64,000 nucleotides of DNA, taken from the NCBI GenBank assembly GCA_934467415.1, contig CAKSLQ010000008.1:17889-81888 (forward strand), in the 5' to 3' direction. The notes under the pieces were generated by a model that searched no databases, was not told the DNA's origin, and worked only from the letters and a program-made list of their open reading frames with translations. The first letter of the stretch is position 1. Every line of letters begins with the position of its first letter. The translations under genes were made by a program, and so were the position numbers. The stretch is from an uncultured Eubacteriales bacterium. Its GTDB lineage: Bacteria; Bacillota; Clostridia; Oscillospirales; CAG-272. This document shows, piece after piece, positions 1-8,715 of this stretch.

Positions 1-609
1 CTGGTCACGCGTATACTTTCCAGTGAAGCCATGGTCGAGAGCAACGCTCTGCGCAGCGGCAACCTGTCCGAGGAGGACTGGACCAAGCTGGCGCACGCGG
101 CGGCGGAGATTGCCGAATGCGACGTGCTGATCGACGACACCACGGGCCAGACCATCACCGCCATGAAGGCGAAGCTGCGCCGCGTGAAAAACCTCGGCCT
201 TGTCATCATCGACTACCTGCAGCTGATGCAGAGCGACCGCAGGATCGACAACCGCGTGCAGGAGGTCGCCGACATTTCGCGCAACCTCAAGATCATGGCA
301 AAAGAGCTGAACGTGCCGATCATCTGCTGCGCCCAGCTCTCGCGCGGACCCGAATCCCGCACCGACAAGAAGCCGATGCTGTCCGACCTGCGTGACTCGG
401 GCGCGATCGAGCAGGACGCCGATGTCGTCGTCTTCCTGTACCGCGACGAGTATTACAAGACGGCGGAGGCCGCGGGCGCGGCCGAGCAGAGCGCCAACAC
501 CGCCGAGATCATCATTGCCAAGAACCGCCACGGCGGCACCGGCACGGTCAGGGTCGGCTGGATCGGGCAGTACACCAAGTTCCGCACCATTGAGGAAGGA
601 TTGGAGTAA
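1..609 (+). CDS. dnaB: Replicative DNA helicase (DnaB family), C-terminal part; the 5' end lies outside the window
   Basis: Frame 1 is open from nt 1. RecA-like C-terminal motifs are present: LVIIDYLQLM, IICCAQLSR, SDLRDSGAIEQDADVV, AKNRHGGTG. Confidence 0.9.
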   Translation: MVTRILSSEAMVESNALRSGNLSEEDWTKLAHAAAEIAECDVLIDDTTGQTITAMKAKLRRVKNLGLVIIDYLQLMQSDRRIDNRVQEVADISRNLKIMAKELNVPIICCAQLSRGPESRTDKKPMLSDLRDSGAIEQDADVVVFLYRDEYYKTAEAAGAAEQSANTAEIIIAKNRHGGTGTVRVGWIGQYTKFRTIEEGLE

Positions 610-630
610 GGGCGACCGACTCCCGGTTCT

Positions 631-1998
631 ATGGATATTTATCGGAAATTTACGGCGGCGCTCGAATCGCTCGGCGTCCGCGGCGGCGTGATTGTCGCCT
701 TTTCGGGCGGGGCGGACTCGACCTGTCTGCTCTCCCTGTTTCTCGCGGCCGCCTCACGCGGCAGCTTTCCCTACCCGCTCGCCGCGGCGCACCTCAACCA
801 CGGTCTGCGCGGCGAGGAAGCGGCGCGCGACGCGGACTTCTGCAAAGACTTCTGCCGCGCGCACGGCATCCCCTTCTTTTACGAGGCGGCGGACATTGCC
901 GCGCTGGCAAAGGAGACGCACCGCGGCATTGAAGAAACGGCGCGCAGTGCGCGCTATGCCTTTTTTGACCGACTGCTCGCCGAGCATACGGCATACACCT
1001 GCGTGGCCACGGCGCATAACCGGAACGATCTGTGTGAGACGATGCTGTTTCATCTTGCGCGCGGCACGGGGCTTGACGGGCTCTGCTCGATCCCCGCGCG
1101 GCGCGGAAGCATCGTCCGCCCGCTGCTCGACGTCAGCCGCGCCGAAATTCTCGCACACCTTGCGGCCGCCGGGCAGACCTTTGTCACCGACAGCACCAAT
1201 GCGTCTGCGGCCTACAGCCGCAACCGCATCCGGCGCGAGGTGCTGCCCGCACTGACGGCCGTCGCGCCGCAGGCGGCGGAGAGCATGGCGCGCACCGCAA
1301 AGCTGCTGCGCGCAGACGCGGATTTTCTCGACGCCGAGGCGCGCCGCGTCTATCCCGCCGTCGTCGCAGACGGCGCGCTCGACACCGAAAAAGCACAAAA
1401 CATTCACAGAGCGCTGCTTTCACGCGTGCTGCGGATCCTGTATAATGAAAGCTGCGGGACTGTCCCCGGCTGTGCGCACATCGACGCGCTCTGCGATCGG
1501 ATCCATGCGGGCGGCAAGGATTTTCGGCTGTCTCTGCCCGGTGTCACCGCAGTCGCCTCACGCGGACTTCTGCGTTTTTCCGCATCCGTCGGCGCGGCAG
1601 AGCCCTTTTCCCTGCCGCTCCCGCCTGACACGCCGACAGCGCTGCCGTGGGGCGAAGAATTGCTGCTCACGCGCGGGGCGCCGCCGCCGGGCTTCCCCGA
1701 AAAGCCCGCCGCCGTCCTTGCCGCCGCGACATTTGACGGCAGGGACATCACCGTGCGCTCGCGGGCGGACGGCGACACCATCGTCTATTTCGGCAAAACG
1801 CACAAGGTCAAGCGCGTCATTGCCGACGCAAAGCTCACCCCCGCGGCAAAAGCGCGTTTGTTTTGCCTCGCGGCGGGCGATACTGTACTGTATATCCGCG
1901 CACTCGCCACCGCCGATGCGGCTTTCCGCCGGCACGGCGACGCGCTGCATCTGTATATCAAATCGGAAGAAAGCAAAGGAGACGCCGACGGCGTTTAG
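631..1998 (+). CDS. tilS: tRNA(Ile)-lysidine synthase
   Basis: N-terminal PP-loop SGGADS. 455 aa. Conserved tilS-hpt-ftsH order. Confidence 0.9.
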   Translation: MDIYRKFTAALESLGVRGGVIVAFSGGADSTCLLSLFLAAASRGSFPYPLAAAHLNHGLRGEEAARDADFCKDFCRAHGIPFFYEAADIAALAKETHRGIEETARSARYAFFDRLLAEHTAYTCVATAHNRNDLCETMLFHLARGTGLDGLCSIPARRGSIVRPLLDVSRAEILAHLAAAGQTFVTDSTNASAAYSRNRIRREVLPALTAVAPQAAESMARTAKLLRADADFLDAEARRVYPAVVADGALDTEKAQNIHRALLSRVLRILYNESCGTVPGCAHIDALCDRIHAGGKDFRLSLPGVTAVASRGLLRFSASVGAAEPFSLPLPPDTPTALPWGEELLLTRGAPPPGFPEKPAAVLAAATFDGRDITVRSRADGDTIVYFGKTHKVKRVIADAKLTPAAKARLFCLAAGDTVLYIRALATADAAFRRHGDALHLYIKSEESKGDADGV

Positions 1999-2002
1999 GA
2001 AC

Positions 2003-2551
2003 ATGAACAACGACATTCTGAAAATTCTCGTAAATCAAGAAGAAATCGACGCAGTCACCACCCGCCTTGCGAAAGAGATTGACCGCGACTACGCCGGAAG
2101 ATCCGAGCACCTCGTGCTGCTCGGCATTCTGAAGGGCTCGCTGCCCTTTATGGCGGAGCTGATGAAAAAGCTGACGGTCAACCCCGAGATCGAGGTCATG
2201 AAGGTGTCCTCCTACGGCGCGGGTACCAAAACGAGCGGCTCCATCCACATCATTCTGGACTGGATGCGCCCCAACATCGAGGAATGCGACATCGTGGTCA
2301 TCGAGGACATCATCGACAGCGGCCGGACCCTCTCCTACCTTTGCGACTATCTGAAGCTCAAGGGTGCGAAGAGCGTGCGCACCTGCACCCTGCTCGACAA
2401 GCCCTCCCGCCGCGAGGTGGACTTCACCCCCGACTACTGCGGCGTGACCGTCCCCGATGAGTTTGTCGTGGGCTTCGGCCTCGACTATGCGGAAAAATAC
2501 CGCGCACTCCCCTATATAGGTGTCCTGAAGCCCGAGATCTACGCAAAATAA
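2003..2551 (+). CDS. hpt: Hypoxanthine phosphoribosyltransferase
   Basis: ATG at 2003 is in frame within ORF 1445..2551 (MNNDILKILV...). PRPP-binding motif VVIEDIIDSGRT. Confidence 0.9.
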   Translation: MNNDILKILVNQEEIDAVTTRLAKEIDRDYAGRSEHLVLLGILKGSLPFMAELMKKLTVNPEIEVMKVSSYGAGTKTSGSIHIILDWMRPNIEECDIVVIEDIIDSGRTLSYLCDYLKLKGAKSVRTCTLLDKPSRREVDFTPDYCGVTVPDEFVVGFGLDYAEKYRALPYIGVLKPEIYAK

Positions 2552-2601
2552 TCATCGCGCAAAGCACGCAGGATTTCCACCCAGAAAGGTTTGGTACCCG
2601 A

Positions 2602-4632
2602 ATGAAAAACAACATGAAAGTCATCCTCATGTACGTCGTCTTTATCCTGGCGATTACATGGCTGGTGTCGAGCTTCTTCCCCACAAAGGAGACCGAGACG
2701 CTGACCTACAGCGACGTTGTGAGTTATTTTGAAAAAGGCGAGGTCAAGTCGTTCAGCGTTGACACCAACAACCGGCTGACGATGAAGCTGCGGCAGGCCG
2801 ACGGCTCCAAGGATAAGACCGTCACCTACACGCTGCGCGATCTCTCGCTTTTCATCCACGATACCGAGGAGACCGTCAAGGCACAGTACGCCGACGGCAC
2901 GATCGAAAAATACGATTATAAGCCCGTGGTGGTCAACTGGTGGGCCTCCTTCCTGCCCTACCTCATCATGATGGTCGTCTTCATCGCGTTCTGGATCTAT
3001 ATGGTCCGGCAGATGAACGGCCAGGGCGGCAAGCTGAACAGCTTCGGGCGCGCGCGCGTCAAAGTGGCCAGCGACCAGAAAAAGCGCGTCACCTTTGCCG
3101 ATGTGGCGGGCGCGGACGAGGAAAAAGAGGAGCTCGAGGAAGTCGTCGAATTTCTCAAGCACCCGGCGGAGTTTGAAAAACTGGGCGCCAAGATCCCGCA
3201 CGGCGTGCTCTTAATGGGCCCTCCCGGCACGGGCAAGACCCTGCTGGCCAAGGCGGTCGCCGGTGAGGCGAACGTCCCGTTCTACTCCATCTCCGGCTCC
3301 GACTTTGTGGAGATGTACGTCGGCGTCGGCGCATCGCGCGTGCGCGACCTGTTTGAGACGGCGCGCCGCCATCCCGCCAGCATCGTCTTCATCGACGAGA
3401 TCGACGCGGTCGGCAGACAGCGCGGCACGGGTCTCGGCGGCGGCCATGACGAGCGCGAACAGACGCTCAACCAGCTGCTGGTCGAGATGGACGGCTTCGG
3501 CGCGGGCGGCAGCAATGTCATTGTCATGGCGGCGACCAACCGCGCGGACATTCTCGACCCTGCCCTGCTCCGCCCCGGCCGCTTTGACCGGCAGATCACG
3601 GTCAACTACCCCGACATCCGCGGCCGCGAGGCTATTCTGCACGTCCATGCCAAGGGTAAGCCGTTTGAGAGCGATGTGGACTTCTCCACGATCGCCAAGA
3701 CCACGGTCGGCTTCACCGGCGCGGACCTCGCCAACCTTCTCAACGAGGCGGCGCTGCTTGCCGCCCGCCGCAAAAAGGCGCTCATCGGCATGAACGACAT
3801 CGAGGACGCGATGCTCAAGGTCATCGTCGGCCCGCAGAAGAAGGCCAAGGCCATTTCCGAAAAGGAAAAGAAGCTCACCGCCTACCACGAGGCGGGTCAC
3901 GCGATTGCAACCAAGTTCATCGCGCCCGACGAGCATGTCCACCAGATTTCCATCATCCCGAGCGGACGCGCGGGCGGCTTCACGCTCTCGCTGCCGAACG
4001 AGGATCGTTCCTATCAGTCAAAGGGCGACATGATCGCCGAGATCGTCGTGCTGCTCGGCGGCCGCTGTGCCGAGGCGCTCATCATGGGCGACATTTCGAC
4101 CGGCGCGTCCAACGACATTGAGCGCGCGACGAGCATTGCGCGCAGCATGGTCATGCACTACGGCATGAGCGAAAAACTCGGCACGGTTGCCTACGGGCAC
4201 GACCAGAGCAGCGTCTTCCTCGGCAGAGACTTCTCGAGCGCGCCTGCGTATTCCGAGAACACCGCTGCATTGATCGACAGCGAGACCCTGCGCATCGTCA
4301 ACGAGGCATACGCCAAGGTCGAGGAGATTCTGAAGGCGCATCTGGATAAACTGCACTTCGTCGCCGGGTTCCTCTTCAAGAACGAGGTCATGGAGGCGGA
4401 TCAGTTTGAAGCCGCGATGCAGGACGGCGAGCCCACCTATGAGGAGATCGAGGCGCTCCGCAGCGAGCGCTCGAAGCGCTCCGAGGCGGAGAACGCCGAG
4501 GCAAAGCGCCGCCGCGACGCGGAGGATGCCGAGCGTCGGCAGAAAGCGGCGCGCGGCGCCGCCGCCCGCCTCGACGAGACGGACGCAGAGGGCGGCGCGG
4601 ACAACGATGCCCCGCCGACTCCGAAAGACTGA
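2602..4632 (+). CDS. ftsH: ATP-dependent zinc metalloprotease FtsH
   Basis: Two N-terminal TM segments, Walker [12 protein letters not shown] second region of homology, zinc site HEAGHA. Acidic/basic C-terminal tail. Confidence 0.95.
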   Translation: MKNNMKVILMYVVFILAITWLVSSFFPTKETETLTYSDVVSYFEKGEVKSFSVDTNNRLTMKLRQADGSKDKTVTYTLRDLSLFIHDTEETVKAQYADGTIEKYDYKPVVVNWWASFLPYLIMMVVFIAFWIYMVRQMNGQGGKLNSFGRARVKVASDQKKRVTFADVAGADEEKEELEEVVEFLKHPAEFEKLGAKIPHGVLLMGPPGTGKTLLAKAVAGEANVPFYSISGSDFVEMYVGVGASRVRDLFETARRHPASIVFIDEIDAVGRQRGTGLGGGHDEREQTLNQLLVEMDGFGAGGSNVIVMAATNRADILDPALLRPGRFDRQITVNYPDIRGREAILHVHAKGKPFESDVDFSTIAKTTVGFTGADLANLLNEAALLAARRKKALIGMNDIEDAMLKVIVGPQKKAKAISEKEKKLTAYHEAGHAIATKFIAPDEHVHQISIIPSGRAGGFTLSLPNEDRSYQSKGDMIAEIVVLLGGRCAEALIMGDISTGASNDIERATSIARSMVMHYGMSEKLGTVAYGHDQSSVFLGRDFSSAPAYSENTAALIDSETLRIVNEAYAKVEEILKAHLDKLHFVAGFLFKNEVMEADQFEAAMQDGEPTYEEIEALRSERSKRSEAENAEAKRRRDAEDAERRQKAARGAAARLDETDAEGGADNDAPPTPKD

Positions 4633-4640
4633 GCAAAGTA

Positions 4641-4676
4641 AAGAAGAAGCACGCCGCCCGGCGTGCTTCTTCTTTA
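4641..4676 (+). terminator. Intrinsic terminator after ftsH
   Basis: 15-bp perfect stem aagaagaagcacgcc / ggcgtgcttcttctt, loop gccc, T-rich 3' arm and tail. Confidence 0.8.
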
Positions 4677-4714
4677 TGAGAAACTCGATTATGAAACGGT
4701 TTTTGAGATTGCAT

Positions 4715-5060
4715 GCAGAGGCTCCCCTGTGCAAGGGGTGAGCTGTACGAGACGCAAAGCGTCTCGCGGAGTTTTTTTCGTCGGCTGAACACCGACGATT
4801 TCGCAAGCGAAACCGAAAAACATCCTCAACCGATAGGTGACTGAGGGGTTGTACCTTTGCTCTGCAACAATCCCTCCGGCGCTTCGCGCCACCTCCCTTT
4901 ACACAAGGGAGGCGAAGTTAGATTGTGTGCGGGTGCATTTTAGGCTTCCCTTGGGGGAAGGCTAAGGGACGCGGGTCGTCGAGGGCGCCGACCCCTACCG
5001 ATTTGGGAAGATTTTTCGCCCCTTTGTAGGGACCGGTGTCCCCGTCGGTCCGCATGACGC
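4715..5060. repeat. Mosaic GC-rich hairpin-repeat cluster (locus L1)
   Basis: String of short palindromic modules, e.g. gctcccctgtgcaaggggtgagc, cgagacgcaaagcgtctcg, ggcttcccttgggggaaggc, gggtcgtcgagggcgccgacccctaccg. The same modules recur at 9 other intergenic loci in the window. Confidence 0.85.
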
Positions 5061-5067
5061 ACAACAA

Positions 5068-5097
5068 AAACAGCGCCGACTGCGGTCGGCGCTGTTT
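5068..5097. terminator. Bidirectional intrinsic terminator between convergent ftsH and the oadB/oadG-like genes
   Basis: Hairpin aacagcgccgac-tgcg-gtcggcgctgtt with an A-run on the left and a T-run on the right. Confidence 0.7.
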
Positions 5098-5109
5098 TGT
5101 CGCTTTTCT

Positions 5110-5247
5110 TTATTTATCTTTCTTTGCCGTGATCTTGTTGAGCAGCACGATGGCGAGAATAATCACCAGCGTGACGGCGAAGATGCCGAGCATGCCCTGC
5201 CCCATATAGCGGAGCGATGCAACAAATGCGGGAAAATCAATATGCAT
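5110..5247 (-). CDS. Small OadG-like membrane protein (45 aa; Na+-decarboxylase gamma-type subunit). It is below the ORF-track size cutoff.
   Basis: Hand translation: MHIDFPAFVASLRYMGQGMLGIFAVTLVIILAIVLLNKITAKKDK. Single TM with an OadG-like GxGM..F...L core. Starts 14 nt after the beta-subunit stop and is followed by a terminator. Confidence 0.6.
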   Translation of the reverse strand: MHIDFPAFVASLRYMGQGMLGIFAVTLVIILAIVLLNKITAKKDK

Positions 5248-5260
5248 GTCTGTCCCCTCC

Positions 5261-6391
5261 TTAGTGAATCATGTTGAGGATGATGCCGCCCGCGATGACC
5301 GAAGCAATCTGTCCGGACACGTTGGAACCGACGGCGTGCATCAAAAGGAAGTTCTGCGGGTCTTCCTCCAGTCCCATCTTGTGAATGACGCGCGCCGACA
5401 TCGGGAATGCCGAGATGCCGGTGGCGCCGATCATCGGGTTGATCTTTTTCTTCGAGAAAAGGTTGAGGAACTTGGCAAACAGGACGCCGCCCACGGTGTC
5501 AAAAACAAAGGCGACAAGGCCGAGCGCGAGAATCAGCAGCGTCCGCGGATTCAGGAACGCGTCCGCCGTCATCTTGGAGGCGACCGTCAGGCCGAGCAGC
5601 AAGGTGATGAGGTTGGCCAGCACCTTCTGTGCCGTCTCGGACAGTGAATCCAGCACGCCGCACTCGCGGATCAGGTTGCCGAACATGAGGAATCCGACCA
5701 GCGCGACCGAGCGGGGCGCAACGATGCCTGTGATGATCGTGACAACAATCGGGAACAGGATCTTCGTGGTCTTCGTGACCTTGGAGCCGGTGTATTCCAT
5801 GCGGATCCGGCGCTCCTTCTTGGTGGTGATGAGGCGGATGACCGGCGGCTGTACGATCGGCACAAGCGCCATGTAGGAGTAGGCGGCGACGATGATCGCG
5901 CCGAGGTAGTTCGAGCGGAAGAAGTTTGCGACGAAAATTGAGGTCGGACCGTCCGCCGCGCCGATGATGGCGATGGACGCCGCGTCCTTCACATCAAAGC
6001 CGAGGAGGCAGGCAAGGCTGAGCGTGAAGAAGATGCCGAACTGCGCCGCCGCGCCGAACAGCATCAGCTTCGGATTGCAGAGCAGCGGCTCGAAGTCGAT
6101 CATCGCGCCGATGCCGATGAAGAGCAGCAGCGGAAACAGCTCGTTGGCGATGCCGGAATTGAACAGGAGGTCAATGACGCCCTCCTCCGTGCCGGTCGGG
6201 TAAAGCTGCGTGATCGCGCCGGAAAGCGGCAGATTCACAAGGATTGCGCCGAAGCCCATCGGAAGCAGGAGCGACGGCTCCATGTCTTTCCGGATGGCGA
6301 GGTAAATCAGCAATGCGCCGATGCACCACATGACGACCTGTTTCCAGTCCAGGTTCGTCACATTCTCAAATACAGATAAAAAGCTTTGCAT
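5261..6391 (-). CDS. Sodium ion-translocating decarboxylase, beta subunit (OadB/GcdB/MmdB family)
   Basis: 376-aa polytopic membrane protein. N-terminal region LLIYLAIRKDMEPSLLLPMGFGAILVNLP is typical of OadB-family beta chains. Confidence 0.85.
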   Translation of the reverse strand: MQSFLSVFENVTNLDWKQVVMWCIGALLIYLAIRKDMEPSLLLPMGFGAILVNLPLSGAITQLYPTGTEEGVIDLLFNSGIANELFPLLLFIGIGAMIDFEPLLCNPKLMLFGAAAQFGIFFTLSLACLLGFDVKDAASIAIIGAADGPTSIFVANFFRSNYLGAIIVAAYSYMALVPIVQPPVIRLITTKKERRIRMEYTGSKVTKTTKILFPIVVTIITGIVAPRSVALVGFLMFGNLIRECGVLDSLSETAQKVLANLITLLLGLTVASKMTADAFLNPRTLLILALGLVAFVFDTVGGVLFAKFLNLFSKKKINPMIGATGISAFPMSARVIHKMGLEEDPQNFLLMHAVGSNVSGQIASVIAGGIILNMIH

Positions 6392-6431
6392 AAATCTCTC
6401 CGAAGTCCGAAAATTTCAAAAATCGTTTTTC

Positions 6432-6460
6432 ATTATACTGGATTTTCCGCAAAAAATCAA
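6432..6460 (-). promoter_or_regulatory. Sigma-A-type promoter for the decarboxylase beta/gamma genes
   Basis: Minus strand reads TTGATT-17 nt-TATAAT. The -35 overlaps the ispE stop. Confidence 0.6.
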
Positions 6461-7362
6461 TTCCTTTTGACTTTTTTGTTTGTAAAATCTGCGTTTTTCG
6501 GGTGATACCCGTGCCGCACAAGAATGCGCGCGGCCGCATCGCGCGTCGGCACGTCCGGGAAAATGCCGAAGACGGTCGGTCCGCTGCCGCTCATCATCGC
6601 GGCGCGCGCGCCGCCGTCAAGCAGAAGCTGTTTTGCCTTCGCCGCCTGCGGGCGGCGCGGAAGCACAACGTCCTCAAAGATATTGTAAAGGTTGCCGCAG
6701 ACGCCGTCCGCGTCCCCGGCGGCGAGCGCCGCCGTCAGCCGGTCGAGGCGGGCGTCGCGCGCGCGCGCTGCGGCGAAGCCGCCGTAGGCGCGGTCCAGCT
6801 CGCCGTAGGCCCACGGGGTGGACACGCTGTCGCGGCTCGGCACGATGAGCAGCGGGAGCGAAAATCGGTTTTCGAGCGGACTTGTCACGTCGCCGACCCC
6901 GGTGCAGAGCGCCGTGCCGCCGGACATGCAGAACGGTACGTCGGCGCCGAGCCGTGCGGCAAGCGCATACAGGCGCTCTGGCGTGAGCGGATGACCGAGC
7001 ACACGGTTGACCGCCGTGAGCACGGCGGCCGCATCGGCACTGCCGCCCGCCATGCCGCCCGCCACCGGAATCCGCTTGTCGAGGAAAATACGCACGGCCG
7101 CGTCGATACCCGCCTCATCGAGCAGCGCGCGCGCCGCCCGGTAGGCGATGTTGCGCCCGTCGCACGGAATGTACGGTAGGTTGCAGCCGATGCGGATGTC
7201 GCCCGCGCCGCGCATGGCGGAGACCGTCACACGGTCGGACAGGCTGACGCTCTGCATCACGCTCTCGATTGTATGATAGCCGTCGTGCGTGCGGGCGAGC
7301 ACGTCCAGATACAGGTTGATCTTGCCCTCCGCGCGCACCGTCGTGCCGATTTTCTTCTTCAT
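6457..7362 (-). CDS. ispE: 4-diphosphocytidyl-2-C-methyl-D-erythritol kinase
   Basis: GHMP-kinase motif PVAGGMAGGSADAAAV. Start chosen at MKKKIGTT (GGAGG 5 nt upstream); the ORF track extends to 7431. Confidence 0.85.
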   Translation of the reverse strand: MKKKIGTTVRAEGKINLYLDVLARTHDGYHTIESVMQSVSLSDRVTVSAMRGAGDIRIGCNLPYIPCDGRNIAYRAARALLDEAGIDAAVRIFLDKRIPVAGGMAGGSADAAAVLTAVNRVLGHPLTPERLYALAARLGADVPFCMSGGTALCTGVGDVTSPLENRFSLPLLIVPSRDSVSTPWAYGELDRAYGGFAAARARDARLDRLTAALAAGDADGVCGNLYNIFEDVVLPRRPQAAKAKQLLLDGGARAAMMSGSGPTVFGIFPDVPTRDAAARILVRHGYHPKNADFTNKKVKRN

Positions 7363-7446
7363 AGCTGCCTCCGTCTGTCGGAAAAGGTTTTCGACTGCTT
7401 TAAGTATAACAGATTTGCGCATTTTTTTCAATATTCACATTTCGTC

Positions 7447-7475
7447 TTGCCAATTCAAGAAAATCGAGATATAAT
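7447..7475 (+). promoter_or_regulatory. Sigma-A-type promoter upstream of the AI-2E transporter pair
   Basis: TTGCCA-17 nt-TATAAT. Confidence 0.6.
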
Positions 7476-7512
7476 ATAGGGTGAGATATTGTTTGAAAGG
7501 GCGGATGTGCGG

Positions 7513-8715
7513 ATGCTCAAATTTGAATGGACAAAACAACATACCGTGGCGCTGATCTACACCTGCGTGACGATTCTGCTGGCCATTCCGCTGGTGCTGG
7601 TCATCCTGTTTCCGGGCATTCTCGGCGGTTTCTTCGGCGGCCTTGCCGACGCCCTCTCGCCGGTGCTCATCGGCTTTGCCGCGGCGTATCTGCTTTTCCC
7701 CGCCTGTGACTTTTTTGAGAAAAAGGTCTGCGGCTTCATCGAAAAGAAAAAGCCGCGCCCGCGCCTGCGGCGCATTGCGGCCGTCGTGCTGACCCTGCTT
7801 GCCGCGGCGGCGTTTCTCGTTTTCTTCATCTGGATGCTTGTCCCGCAGATCAAGGCCAGCTACCAGAACCTCGAGGCCACCTTTGACACCTATCTGAAAA
7901 AGGCATCCGTCTACCTCGGCGAGGTGACCGCAAAATACACCGAGCCCGGCGGCGAGCCCATGTTTGACTCGGCGGCGCTGCTCGACACGGTCGGCGGCTG
8001 GATCGACGGCCTGTTTGACCGGATCGGCAACTTCATGGCCAGCGCCGTGACCTACTCGTCGAAGCTCCTGAACACGATCTGGCGCATCATCTTCTCGCTG
8101 ATCTTCATGGTCGTCTTCCTCGTCGAGAAAAAGGCGATCGGCGCACGGCTGAACAGCATCGCCGCAACGCTGCTGCCCCGGCGCGGCAAGGCCTTCTGCG
8201 ACAAGTGGGTGCGCTACACCGACGAGTCCTTCGGCGGCTTTATCTCCGGCAAGATCCTCGACGCCGTCATCATCACGCTCATCAACTTCATCGTTTTCGG
8301 TCTTGCCCGCATTCCGTATTATCCGCTGGTTTCGCTGGTCTGCGGCGTGACCGACGTGATCCCCTATTTCGGGCCGTTCATCGGCGCCGTCCCCTGCGCC
8401 TTCATCATTCTGATCGCCGATCCCGTCCAGATGATCTGGTTCGTCGTGCTGACGCTGGTGATCCAGCAGTGCGACGGCAATATCATCGGGCCGAAGATCC
8501 TCGGCGACAAGGTCGGTGTGGACTCGCTGATGATCGTGGTCGCCATCACGGTCAGCGGCGGCCTGTGGGGGCTCGTCGGCATGTTCATCGGCGTGCCGCT
8601 CTTTGCGGTGATGCGGCAGGCCGTCAAGGAATTGGTGGAGAGCCGCCTGCAAAAGAAGCATCTGCCCGTTGATACGGCGGCCTATATGGACAAGCGGAGG
8701 GAGGCAGCGGAATGA
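7513..8715 (+). CDS. AI-2E family (PerM-like) transporter, paralog 1
   Basis: Polytopic membrane protein with a family-like C-terminal GLWGLVGMFIGVPLFAV segment. ATG at 7513 is preferred; the track start, TTG at 7489, is possible. Confidence 0.75.
   Translation: MLKFEWTKQHTVALIYTCVTILLAIPLVLVILFPGILGGFFGGLADALSPVLIGFAAAYLLFPACDFFEKKVCGFIEKKKPRPRLRRIAAVVLTLLAAAAFLVFFIWMLVPQIKASYQNLEATFDTYLKKASVYLGEVTAKYTEPGGEPMFDSAALLDTVGGWIDGLFDRIGNFMASAVTYSSKLLNTIWRIIFSLIFMVVFLVEKKAIGARLNSIAATLLPRRGKAFCDKWVRYTDESFGGFISGKILDAVIITLINFIVFGLARIPYYPLVSLVCGVTDVIPYFGPFIGAVPCAFIILIADPVQMIWFVVLTLVIQQCDGNIIGPKILGDKVGVDSLMIVVAITVSGGLWGLVGMFIGVPLFAVMRQAVKELVESRLQKKHLPVDTAAYMDKRREAAE

Noticed and set aside
4018-4806. 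ORFs that run through the intergenic repeat clusters. Examples: 4018..4806 (-), 4689..4892 (-), 30112..30470 (-), 32918..33510 (+), 48777..49610 (-), and the 5' extensions of 33315..34889, 36364..38424 and 40278..42431.
   Set aside because: The same short peptide strings recur only because the DNA repeat recurs in both orientations. There is no RBS, and the downstream genes have better internal starts with RBSs.
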